The notes under the pieces: model-generated
What the model was told of the DNA's origin: nothing
Seen by the model: only the letters and a program-made list of their open reading frames with translations
Database searches by the model: none
Made by a program: the position numbers and the translations under genes
Assembly: GCA_010909165.1 (NCBI GenBank)
Contig: MU008165.1
Location: 930,001-994,000, forward strand
DNA length: 64,000 nt
Source of the DNA: Anthoceros angustus
Lineage: Eukaryota > Plantae > Anthocerotophyta
Direction: 5' to 3'
In this document: positions 37,411 through 49,336 of the stretch, one piece after another
Layout: each line of letters begins with the position of its first letter
Numbering within the stretch: the stretch's first letter is position 1

Positions 37411-38227
37411 TCATATATAAGATAGCGAGCAAAACCAAGAATGGTTTAGAACTTGCTGCATCCGGTCTACACTCTTGTTCTAAATGTAACATTGAGTGTA
37501 GTAGATCTTTCACTGTGACATGTTGGGCCACTCATCTAGGTCCAATTGAGTTATCCATTCTTCTTTTTGTGTCGAACTCATATCCTATATAAGGACGATT
37601 TCGGTTAAAACTTCATACAAAATGACTCCTGCGCTCCAAATATCGGCTTTTGAAGTATAGCTTATGTTTACATCGTCTTGACTCCAATACCTCCGAGCCA
37701 TGTAACATGGGGTTCCTGCAGCTCCCACAACAATAATTCATGTTCGTTTTGGAGACATGGAATGACAAACCAAAGTCTGCTAGTATGACTTTGAGACGGC
37801 TAAGTAATAGTATATTAGCGGTTTCAAATCGCGATGCATAACATTATGCCTGTGGCAAAATTGATTGCCTCCATTAGGTTAAACATAAGTATTTTTGCAT
37901 CCTCTTCACAATAAGCTCCCCTTTTTAGTTCATCCTTTAGTGTACCATTGGTACATAGCTCCATCACAATATAAATATGTTCAATATCCTCATGAACACT
38001 TTTGTGTTAATAATATGAGAATATTTTGGAAGAGATCAAGAGTGTTGATCTCTCTACATATTGCATCATTTATGTCTTTAGATTTTTCATAATTTTGCAG
38101 GCAAATATCTTTCCGTATATTTGTCATAGCATTCATAGACTTTGGAAAAACCTCCTTCACCGATACATTTTCCACATATGTATCTTTCTTCAAACATTCT
38201 CACTTCAATTTTCATTGTGGACTCCAT
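37411..38227 (-). CDS. Minimal Ser/Thr kinase, copy 3, frameshifted as assembled
   Basis: MESTMKIEVRMFEERYICGKCIGEGGFSKVYECYDKY; HRDLKP, DFG and GTPCYM motifs on the minus strand. Confidence 0.85.
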
Positions 38228-38254
38228 AATTTTAAAGATTGATAAATAGGAGTA

Positions 38255-39400
38255 TTTCTTCGGTTTAGGTCCCGCCTTTGGGTAATTTACGTGCCCTCTA
38301 GGGAAACCTGAGGGAACAAGTAGAGAGAATGAATTCGTTAGCACACAGGAACATACATGCATAAACTCATCCCTCTATAAAGGAGAACATGAATCTTCAT
38401 TGAACAAACCTTAACAAGTAGATCACACGATTATTAAAAGATATTTGCAAGAATGTGAGATTTTTAAGTTCATGGCGGAGGAATCTTTCGGTTTAGGTCT
38501 CGCCCTTTGGGTAATTTACGTGCCCTCTAGGGAAACCCAAGGAACAAGTAGAAAGAATGAATTGCACACACGGAATATACACATGCATACACCCATCCCT
38601 CTATAAAGGAGAACATGAATCTTCATGGAACATACCTTAACAACCGTAGATCACACGATTATTAAAAGATATTTGCAAGAATGTGAGATTTTTAAGTTCA
38701 TGGTGCGGAGGAATCTTTCGGTTTAGGTCTCGCCTTTGGGTAATTTACGTGCCCTCTAGGGAAACAGAGAACAAGTAGAGAGAATGAATTCATTAGCACA
38801 CACAGGAATATACATGCATAAACTCATCCCTCTAAAGGAGAACATGAATCTTCATTGAACAAACCTTAACAAGTAGATCACACGATTATTAAAAGATATT
38901 TGCAAGAATGTGAGATTTTTAAGTTCATGGTGCGGAGGAAATCTTTCGGTTTAGGTCTCGCCCTTTGGGTAATTCGTGCCCTCTAGGGAAACACAGAGGA
39001 ACAAGTAGAAAGAATGAATTCGTTAGCACACGGAATACACATGCATACACCCATCCTCTATAAAGGAGAACATGAATCTTCATGGAACATACCTTAACAA
39101 GTAGATCACACGATTATTAAAAGATATTTGCAAGAATGTGAGATTTTTAAGTTCATGGTGCGGAGGAAATCTTTCGGTTTAGGTCTCGCCTTTGGGTAAT
39201 TACGTGCCCTCTAGGAAAACTGAGAGAACAAGTATAGAGAATGAATTCGTTAGCACATAGGAATATACATGCATAAACTCATCCCTCTAAGGAGAACATC
39301 AATCTTCATTGAACAAACCTTAACAAGATCATAGAATTATGAAAAGTTACATGCAAGAAGAATGGATAACAAGATTTGAAGTTCATGGCGGAGGAATCTT
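38255..39400 (-). repeat. ~228-bp array of cassette copy 3
   Basis: Four full uORF units plus a first-exon variant. Confidence 0.95.
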
Positions 39401-40283
39401 TCGGTTTAGGTCTAGCCATTTATACCCATGAGAAACTACAAATTTGGTAGGTTTTCACCAGGCTTCATGTTGGCAACTAGTAAATTGGTAATTTCTCAAC
39501 GGCTGTGTGTGGATTGCTATATTGGCATCTGTTCTAGAAAGAGATAATGCTGCTGATTTATGTTAAATTCATTTATATCTAGCATTGATTAATCTAATGA
39601 CCTATCATTAAGTAAGTAATTAGTATTAATGAATTAATATGAAGTGGTTATGTTAATTAAGCATCGATTACTGTTAATTAAACATGGTTAGCATTAACTA
39701 AGTGGATAAACACAAGTTATATGCTTTAGCATATTCCTTGCATATTATAGTGTATTCTTTGGATATTTCAGCCACGCCAATAGGATATCTTAGGAATATG
39801 CCAATGCGAGGCCTAAATATCTATATAGACCCTTTCACAGGACAAGCTCACATCATAGCTTGTCCTCTACATATGCAATGCAAGAGTGTGAGGAGGCCAA
39901 AGCTATCACTCCGAGAGCCATGTGCCAACAATTTGCGTGTTGTTCTCGTGGGGAGAGTGTGGGAGGAAAACCACAACGCAAGCTACTCTCTCCTAGTGTT
40001 ACAAATTGGTTTGCGCATATTGCATATTAGACTTGTTTTGCTTGGTTGTCAGTTGAGGAAGTGCTCACATGAATGCAATTGCTTACCTCGTAGGCGGCCT
40101 AGAGTGTCATAAGGCATCTGGCCTTGACAGGCTTGGTCCTCTCAACCCGCATCTAGGCCTCTTATTTCCTAATCCCCTAGGAATTACCGCATCTTCAAGG
40201 CCTTCGTCTCGGGCATCGAAGAGGGCGACTTCCCCTTGCATGCTTGTCCTTAAGATTGGCTAGGGGTGTCCTATCCTCTGAGG

Positions 40284-40872
40284 TGCCTAAGCATCCTGCG
40301 CTTAGATCGGTACTTAGATGGGGAGCCTATGCATCTTGCGCTTAGATCAATACTTAGATGGGGTGCCTAAGCATCCTGCACTTAGATGGGTACTTCGATG
40401 GGGTGCCTAAAGGGAGTGGATGCCCTTGGTGCAAGTAGCTTAGGCACACCATCCTGCGCTTAGATCGGTACTTAGATGTGGTGCCTAAAGAGAGTGGATG
40501 CCCTTGGTGCAAGTAGCTTAGGCACACCATCCTGCGCTTAGATCGGTACTTAGATGGGGTGCCTAAAGCGAGTGGATGCTCTTGGTGCAAGTAGCTTAGG
40601 CACACTATCCTGCACTTAGATCGGTACTTAGATGGGGTGCTTAAAGGGAGTGAATGTCCTTGGTGCAAGTAGCTTAGGCACACCATAGACGTATTTATAA
40701 GAACATCTTCATTAAGCATCCTGCGCTTAAATCGGTACTTAGATGGGGTGCTTAAAAAGAGTGGATGCCCTTGGTGCAAGTAGCTTAGGCACACCATGGT
40801 ACAAGTTGTTAAGTACCAAGTCCATGGCGGAAATCCGGCCTTAGTGGACTTCAATAAAATTTTCTTCTTCTT
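40284..40872 (+). mobile_element. Short structured repeat family with internal ~76-bp tandem subunits, AATAAA and (TTC)n tail
   Basis: CTTAGATCGGTACTTAGATGGGGTGCCTAAA...GTGCAAGTAGCTTAGGCACACC repeated; ends GTGGACTTCAATAAAATTTTCTTCTTCTT. Confidence 0.7.
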
Positions 40873-41190
40873 TGTTGTACAGTGCTGGTAAAAGCGTGTG
40901 CCCCGCAAGCAGCAAGAAGGCAAGAAGTTCGTGGAAGTGTCCACCCGAGTTCGCCAACAGGAAGGAGCCCGTCAGCGTCAAGTTACCGTCAATGGTGCGC
41001 TCACCGGCCATCCGAGCTCTTGCATTACAAAATGGAGTCGACTCGAGACGCTTTGGAACACAGTCGAGTGAGTCGACGAGAAAGCGAGTGACGCTCCCTT
41101 GATGCGCAAGCTCTTCTTGTTCGGAGAGGTCGATCCGCCGAATTCGCAGCCTGACAGACAGAAATTCCTGGCAGTCTAGGAACGATCGGA

Positions 41191-43549
41191 ATGGACGCCG
41201 CGGCAGTTTTGGGTGTGGAGGTTGCGGTGGCGGTAGTGGTGCTGGCTGTAGCGTGGCCAGTGTGGAGATACTGGGAACGGAGAGGAAAGCATGCGCCCAA
41301 AGGGTCGAAGCCGCTGCCGGGGAGCATGGGCTGGCCGCTGCTGGGAGAGACGATGGAGGTGCTGGGCCACTTCAAGGACGGCGCCGTGGAGCAATTCGGG
41401 TTGAAGCGGTTCCGGAAGTATGGCAACGTGTTCAAGTCGCACATGTTCGGGAGTCCGTACGTGTTTTTCCGGGGCGTGGAGGCGGCCAAGCTGCTGAGCA
41501 GCAACGAGGACAAGCTGGTGCAGGCGCACCAGTTCCTGCCGCCCAGGAAACTGCTGGGCGAGGAGGCGCTGCTCAATCTCCACGGCGCCAAGCACAAGCG
41601 CTACAGGAAGATGTTCAACGACACCTTCATGGGAGAGAGCATGAGGAAGTACCTCCCGGTGGTGGAGCAGATCGCCCTGGACACGCTGAGTGGTTGGAAG
41701 GTCGGCGATGTTCCCATCGTCAGAGATGAGGCCACCAGGGTGAGCCCAGAGCTGACAGTGGGGTGCTATACTATATACAATTCTACTCTGCTGCCAGTCA
41801 GTGCACTGTGCTTTCATGATCTGCCCCGTCTCTGATAATTGCGCCTTGCTGCAGTTCACATACAACGTGATTGTGGGCGTCGTGCTGAGCTGGGGGCCCG
41901 GCCCAGTGCGTGAGAGGAGCCTGGAGCTTACCAGAATCCTGGGCACCAATCTCTTCAGGGTGCCCATCAACCTTCCGGGATTCGCCTATCACAAGGCCAT
42001 GCAGGTATTCAAGGTTTTGCAACAGGCAGAGCCTTTTATGCATGACATCGGGCACTCTGTGGTGGACAATCGATTGTTGCTGCTCAGTGTCGTCACATTT
42101 CATTTAGCGTCACTCGATGACAATGTGGAGTCTGGACATGACATTTTGATGTGGATTGGGTTGCAGGCGAGGAAGGAGCTGGCCAAAATGTTCGACACCG
42201 AGTTTGCGCTCCGGAGGAGCGGCAAGATTGTGCGCCAAGATCTCTTGACGGACATGATGAATGCCGTCGACCCGGATTCTTCCAGCACCAAGCCCGCCCT
42301 GGGAGACGGCGAGCTGAGAGACAACCTGTTCACCATGATCATTGCTGGTCACGAGACTTCCACCAACACCCTCACTTGGCTTGCCAAGCTGCTCCATGAG
42401 AACCCCGACGTCAAACAGAAGCTCATCGTGAGTACTCTTCCTCTCTCTTTGCTCCACTAATCCTTCACACACCGAACGAGTTCGCGCCTGGAGGCTGAAT
42501 TCTCACCTCTTCCTGTTGGTGCGCAGGCTGAGAACATGGCGATCAGAAGTGGGAAGCGAGCTGGAGAGCCGCTCACATGGGCCGACCTCGGCCAGCCAAT
42601 GACCTACACACTCAAAGTAAGTAGTGAGTCCACTAGTTTATAATCTGGTATCTGGATGAACCCGTGGACCTTATAGGACGCACAGTGGCTGAGGTAGTTG
42701 GGATTCATCCTGCTTTGCCATTTGTCCCTGTGCCGTCCAGGTAATCAATGAGGCACTCCGGGTTTCCTCCCTCACGTTCTGGTGGCACAGACAGGTCAAG
42801 GAGGACTTCACCTTCAACGGTATGTCTGCTAGCTAGCCAACAATTTGCGTCATTGGAGATGCTGTTTGCAACATGAACTCAGGCTAGTCGTGCTGATATC
42901 AATCCACTAACTAAGTTGGGCATTGTGGTGCAGGATACCACATCCCTAAGGGCTGGAATCTTGTGCACGACACCCACAACCTGCACCACAGCGCAGAGAC
43001 CTTTGAAGACCCGGAGAAGTTCAACCCTTCTCGTTTTGACGTAAGAGATGTTCCTACTGGAAATTACAACCAGTCTGTGAATTCATTAGATCGGTGGAGG
43101 ATATTCATCTTATCCGCTGGCTGTCATTGATGTCTCACAGGTGCTCCCCAAGCCCTTCACACTGCTTCCTTTCGGAAGCGGACAGAGGATGTGCCTCGGC
43201 AAAGACCTGGCGCTCATGGAGATCAAGGTTATGCTACATCACATGATGCTCAAGTTTAGGTGAGTTGAAAATCATATGTCCTAACAATTATCTCGCAACT
43301 ATGAAGAAGAAGAAGAAGAAGAATTTTATTTAAGTCCACTAAGGACGGATTTCCGTCATGGGACTTGGTACTTAACAACTTCTACGGCTGTGGGGTTTCC
43401 AACTCCCCAAGCATATGCATGTCTGATTTTGATGTCGGTTCTGAAACAGATGGTCAGTAGCAGAACCGGACAGTGGGCGAGACTTTTCAGGATTGCCATG
43501 CCCCGACAACGGCATTCCCATCAAAATTGTGGCCATTCAGGAGTACTAG
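41191..43549 (+). CDS. Cytochrome P450, CYP85 clan, copy 2, intact 484 aa
   Basis: Exons 41191-41739, 41855-42004, 42167-42427, 42527-42616, 42741-42819, 42934-43040, 43141-43259 and 43450-43549 total 1455 nt. The 150/90/79/107-nt exons are typical of CYP85-clan genes. Heme motif FGSGQRMCLG. Confidence 0.95.
43303..43381 (-). mobile_element. 5'-truncated copy of the (TTC)n-tailed repeat in the last intron of P450 copy 2
   Basis: Only the last ~60 nt plus the tail are present; absent from the orthologous intron of copy 1. Confidence 0.7.
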
Positions 43550-44123
43550 ATAAAACATCGTCATCCCATTGTATTCATGTCACAGATTCTCTCAGACTGT
43601 GAAGTCTAGCGAAGCAAGAAGCGTTGTAGATAAGGCGTTGGCCAAGAACAGGAAGCTTGCCCACTGGCCCAGCTTTCCTCTAAAGCCTTTCCTCCTCTAG
43701 ATCGGTGCTAAATGCATATGAACATTCTCCTGGAGACTTGGAACACTGTTTTTCTCGGGAGTAGGGATCTACCTTGCCCGCAGTGAAATTCTGTCTTGCC
43801 CAGCACTCAAGGTCGAGCGAGTTCACAGTTCTACGTGTGAAGGAAGGTCAAAGTAGAAGTAAAGGTCGGAGTTCTGCTGGGGCCGATACAGTAAGCTACA
43901 ATCGGACCAATACAGTTGGAAGTTGGACTTGCTAACGTGCTCTCCACGCTTGCTTGGGGCTTGATAAGGTTGCCTCTTCCTCTCTCGTAGGAAGAAGAAG
44001 AGGAAGAATCTATCATAGCCCAATTAGGACGGCAAGCTCTTTGGCAGGAGATTCAGCTGCTTGGTCGGAGATTCCGCTCTTCGGCAGGAACTGGAAGTGG
44101 TGTGGGCGTCTGATTCAGGCGCC

Positions 44124-47100
44124 ATGGAGTTCTTCCAGCTCTTGGCAGAGCCGGAGAGGGAGGAGGAGAGGCAAGTTGCCCAAGACGACGATCTGGTGCC
44201 GGTGCTGGAGGATGGATTCTGCCAAGTGGCCCTAGACAATTCCGGATCTACGTGGTCCCGTCTCCCATCGGACAGGTCGGTGCTGGAGGTCAGCAAGAGC
44301 TTGGTGGCCTCCATCTGGGGGGAAGATGCGGAGGTGATCAAGTGGAACTCGGTCGCAGATCGGCAGCGGCTGGGAAGCATCCACCCCGAAGGCGGCACCT
44401 CTCCCTCCTGCATCTTCCCCCTCCTGCTCGAGGACAAGAGCAGGGCATGCAAGACCCTCTTCATCACCACGGATGGAGAGATCGACGACTCGGAGGTGAT
44501 GCAGCTGAAGGAGAATGTCACCAGATCGGGCCTGGTGAACGTGGTGGCGGTATATGTGTCGGCATCGGAGAAGCCAGCGGAATTGAATCTCCCCGTGTTC
44601 GCCCCCTTCATGTTCGGGGTGTTCGGCCGGGTCGCCATCTTCCACTGGGATGGCACTTCCCTCCGCCTGCTGCTCAAGCAGTGCAAAGGAGATCCCTCCG
44701 CGCAGGACTCGGCCCTCCCGGATCCCCCCTTGGAGATCGGGCCGGAGTCTTGCTGGGAGGATTTTCCCATCGTCCAGCCTCAGGATCTGCGCAAGATGTC
44801 CCTCCCCAGGCGGGTGGAGGCCCGCAGCGCCCTGTGGCAGGCCGCAGCGGAGGCCAGCCCTGTGGTGGTTGCCGGAGGCCGCAGCTTCAGCCTGGACAGA
44901 GTCCGAGCCGCATTTGCGGAGAAGCTGGCGTCCTTGCCGGCAGACGACCCCGAGTGCGGGAGCTTCCTGGACGGAACCGCGGATTTCCTGGAGGAGGTGG
45001 TGGGCGAGGTGCAGAACAGGACCCAGAGCAGGCTGTTCCGGGAGATGCTGGGCCTCTGGCACGCCCGCGCGCTGGAGCAGAGCACGAATAGGCTAAGGCA
45101 GCTGCGGGGAGAGGAGGCGGGGATCCAGCACAGCAGGCGGAGGGCGGACGAGCTTTACCAGCTCCTGATCCAGGAGCAGGACCCGGCAAGGCGGAGGCCC
45201 GTCCAGCAGGAGCTGGCTGGGATCACGACCCAGCTGTTCCACCACGAGGATCAACACCGGCGGGCGGTGCAGCAGGGTTCCCGCGCTGTGGAAGCCAGGT
45301 ACAACGCCCTGGCATCGAGGCTGGCGGACGGGGATCACCGCACGGACTACTCTTTGCAGAGCCTCTCGAAGGCCCTCAACTCCAACAGAGCGAGAAGGGC
45401 GAAGGGAGCCAAGACGCAGAGCTATGACGAGGCGGCGTGGGAGTTTGATGGAGCTCATGAAGTGGAATGCGATGTTTGCACGGAGACGAAGCCGCAAGGG
45501 CTGCTGGCTTGCGCCATCCCGGATGAGGTGGTTGCCAGCAACACCAGCGATGCGGCTCTGAACGATGCCTTCTCGTTGGGGAGCACGAACAGGACGTACC
45601 TCCCGAATTCGTCTCTTTGCGTTTTCTGCGCATCCTTCCTGGCGTCCAGCGGTGCTCCCTGCCCTTACAGCCGGCAGAAGATTGCTACCGTCTTGCCGGT
45701 AGTGAAGTACAGCAGGGTGAATGCGGCGAGGCTGGCGGCCAATGTGAGCCACTGGCTGTTTGATGGGAAGGAGCTGGGGATCGAGTTGCAGGCGCTGTTG
45801 GCGGTTTTTGATGACGTGAGAGGGCGAGGATGGAGTGGAGTGGAGGCGTTGGATTTTTTGGAGGCGGAGTATGTTCCTAAGGTTCGTGTCAATTTTCAGG
45901 GTGTTGGGTTCCGGAGCAAGCCGCTGTTGGAGGCTATCTCGGATTTGTTCCAGGCTGAGGGGAGGGGTTTGAGGAGTTGGAAGGGCTGCTGGTTCCGCTG
46001 CGGAACAAAAGCTTGGTGTCCATCTCTGCTCTGGCTCAGTTGGGGATGAGGAGAGGGAGCTTTCAGGTTGAGGATGTGGGGAATGTCGTGAACAGGATGC
46101 TGTTCAAGACCGTGGTGGGGCAGGTTTTGGGGTGGTGCAAGGATAGGGAGAAGAGGAAGCACGAGATTGTGGAGCATCTGCCTCGGATTTTGGAGTCGGA
46201 TTTATATGATACCCCATCAGGGTTCCAGTGAAGGGACAGGGCGGGTGCTTGGATCTGTGGCGGGGTCCAGGTTTCTCCGCACTGTCTTCAGGATAGTGGG
46301 TTTCGAGCGGTTGATGTGGATTTTGGGTCAGGAGCCTGCTAGTGTGGTTGGGGTTTCGTTGGGGATGGTGACGGTGTTGATGTACTCGCTGCTGACTGAC
46401 CTGGACTACCAGCACTCTACTGAGGCTTTCATCCGGGACCTGGCCGGCAAGCATCCTCTGGTTTGGAAGGCGTTTGCCTCCCCAGGGCAATCAGGAAGGA
46501 AGACGTGCTTGAGTTGTTGGCACAGCTCAACCAGCATGTTCGCAGCATTGAGGAACAGGTGCACAGGAGGTGGTGCCCTGCTTCTCCCCTGCGCACATGT
46601 TGAGCCCTGCCGTGGTTTGCTGTGGCTCATGCGGGCTTGCTTTCATGCACCAGGAAGAGATCCGGGAGTACCTAGCTGCTGGCATGGAGGCGAAGGAGAG
46701 GATGGCAGTGACTGTGAAAAGCCGCCGGTGCCAGCATTTTAGGGATGTCTTCTGCTCTGATTCGTCCTCAGGCATGGTAGACTTGACTTCAGGCCACAGT
46801 AATCGTCACCGGGCTGTGTCTACTGCTCTGCTGCCGCTTTTGGAGCCCTTGGATTCCTCGCCTAAGGCACCTACTCGGAACATGCTGCTCCAGGTGCTGG
46901 CCTACTTCAGGCGTTTCCCAAAGGGTGGCCAACTCTACGGACAAGAGCTCTCATCCCATATTGTAGCTTGCATGTTCGACTATCTGGAGCAGAGCAGCCG
47001 TTTGCATGGGCAGGGTGACTTCCCTTCTTCACACGCAGACAACCACAACTTGTCCTTCGGTGACCGTCTGTCAGCAGAGATCGCCTACCTGGACAGGAAG

Positions 47101-47373
47101 AAGCTTCTGCCCAGTGCTGATGGCGGTCAGGCTCATCATTGGCTCAAAGTGTTCCCGCCACTGAGCCTGCTGTCTCGGGACCCTGCGCTTGTGGAGGAGC
47201 TCACCAAGCCTGTCTCTGTAGAAGAGCTGCTTCAGGTCACTTACCAGCCACCGGCCAAAAGGAAGCGAGCAGGCAATGGAGCTCCCAAGCAGGCCGAGCC
47301 TGTTGCTTATATCAGCAAAACCCTTCAGAAGAAGATCAATAGGCGCCCCCCAAAAAGATATTTGTTCAACTAA
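44124..47373 (+). CDS. Intronless VWA-domain / Cys-rich protein, copy 2 (homopolymer frameshifts)
   Basis: Near-identical to 32587-35845; ORF pieces 44124-46049, 45977-46231, 46167-46742 and 46570-47373. Confidence 0.75.
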
Positions 47374-47475
47374 GAACTAGAAGGAGGAAATCAAGTGATT
47401 CACGGATGGAGCATTCAGATGAAGCTTGAAGCCATCTTCGATGTCGAATGCCACTTATCAGCTCATGTGTCCGAG

Positions 47476-48085
47476 CCGCATTTGCGGAGAAGCTGTCGTC
47501 CTTGCCGACAGACGACCCGAGAGCCGGAGCTTCCTGGACGGAACCGCGGATTTCCTGGAGGAGGTGGTGGGCGAGGTGCAGAACAGGACCCAGAGCGGGC
47601 TGTTCCGGGAGATGCTGGGCCTCTGGCACGCCCGCGCGTTGGAGCAGAGCACAAACAGTCTGAGGCAGCTGCGGGGAGAGGAGGCGGGGATCCAGCACAG
47701 CAGGCGGAGGGCGGACGAGCTTTACCAGCTCCTGATCCAGGAGCAGGACCCGGCAAGGCGGAGGCCTGTCCAGCAGGAGCTGGCTGGGATCACGACCCAG
47801 CTGTTCCACCACGAGGATCTGCACCGGCGGGCGGTGCAGCAGGGTTCCCGCGCTGTGGAAGCCAGGTACAACGCCTTGGCATCGAGGCTGGCGGACGGGG
47901 ATCACCGCACGGACTACTCTTTGCAGAGCCTCTCAAAGGCCCTCAACTCCAACAGAGCGAGAAGGGCGATGGGAGCCAGGACACAGAGCTATGACGAGGC
48001 GGCGTGGGAGTTTGATGGAGCCCATGAAGTGGAATGCGATGTTTGCACGGAGACGAAGCCGCAAGGGCTGCTTGCGCCATCCCGG
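47476..48085 (+). pseudogene. Partial internal duplicate of the VWA gene
   Basis: Copies ~44903-45520 (RAAFAEKL...ETKPQGLL); fused to the 3' UTR of copy 2; lacks the VWA motifs and C-terminus. Confidence 0.85.
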
Positions 48086-48159
48086 ATGAGGTGATTGTCA
48101 GCAACACCGGATACCAAGGTCGCTATATTGCAACAATCAGAGTTCATCGCACTCACTTA

Positions 48160-48510
48160 CAACCCAAAGTTCCATGCCAAAGTTCCATGCCGAAGTTCCA
48201 TGCCAGAACCAAGCATAGAACCGAGCATATAGAAGTCCAATTCCCACTTTATCTGAAAAGTGATATCTGAAAATTTATCTTCTAGAAGATAAATTTGAAG
48301 TTTTGAAGTATTATGAAGTTTTAAAATATTATATTTGCCAACATATGACGGCCGACGTACTAACCAAAGCACTTCCTGTTATCAACAGCATGCGGCCGAC
48401 GTACTAACCAAGGCGCTTTCTGCCATCAACAGCATGCGGTCCATGTACTAACCAAGGCACTGCCATCAAACATTAAGAGCATTATGCCGACGTACTAACC
48501 AAGATATTTA
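48160..48510. repeat. Short tandem motifs (AAGTTCCATGCC x3; CGACGTACTAACCAA-like x4)
   Basis: Visible at 48166-48205 and about 48350, 48395, 48443 and 48487. Confidence 0.75.
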
Positions 48511-49336
48511 CTACCACCAAACATCAACACGATCGGCATGGGACTACCATACCATGAGGGGTGGTTTAACAAGATAATATCGAAATAATTATTTTTTGAA
48601 AAAAATAAGGTTCAACATAGATATTTATACTTTTTAAATTTTCAAAATTTACGAAAAATAATTTTATCAAATTTTAACATTTATTAAAATATATAGGTAT
48701 ATATATAATTAATGGATATGTATAGACCTATGGCATACCAAAGGGGACAGAGGGGATGGGACATTTTTTTTTTGCGAAACCCATGCAAGGCGCAGGGATC
48801 TTGCAAAATATACCCTAGATTCCAGTACGGTTTCTTTTTTCACAGCACATGGTCACATGGCCGCTTTGGCGCCCTAACCAAGAGCGGCCAAGCACCAAAG
48901 GGGACACACACGCTTTCTCGTCGAAAAGGGTTTAGGGTTCAAAATGTTTTTGTGCTTGCAACTTTCAAAACAAAGAGCCGGGACACATTGTTTTCGATCT
49001 TACTTCTATACGCCATAAAGTTTTCTTCCATGGTTTGCCATGGGCAAACTCAACTGCGCCGCCGCGGCCGTACCAATGTGGTTGCGAACCCTACTCGGTA
49101 GCGGGCATGATGCGAAGGCAATGATGGCTGTGGCCCCCGGCGCGGCCATCGTCTTCTTCATTCCAGCATGCTCTTTCTTCTTACTGTGGCGAGCAGGATC
49201 GTGCTTCTTAATGTTTCCAGCATCATAGGCTCCCCCACAAAATAACGATTCCATTATCCCTGGCTAAGAAGATGCGGACACAGCCGCGGGCGTGTGGAGG
49301 GTTCGAAATGTTGCTGGAACATAGAAGCCGCCTTCA

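Larger units (their letters stand above)
37002..40283. mobile_element. Third, inverted copy of the kinase cassette plus LTR-like end and retro-internal stubs
   Basis: Reverse complement of ~1515-2520, part of the array and 11035-12270; contains five intron-like segments. Confidence 0.85.

Noticed and set aside
36993-40296. TAAGCATC on both sides of cassette copy 3 as a target-site duplication
   Set aside because: The motif is intrinsic to the tandem subunits of the flanking repeat family.
32587-47373. Calling the VWA and kinase copies pseudogenes
   Set aside because: Most indels are in homopolymers and several differ between near-identical copies, while the P450 at 41191-43549 is intact. 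This is the pattern of failed polishing in repeats. Status unresolved.
48928-48937. GGGTTTAGGG as an interstitial telomere
   Set aside because: Only about 1.5 units; compatible with chance or a telo-box.
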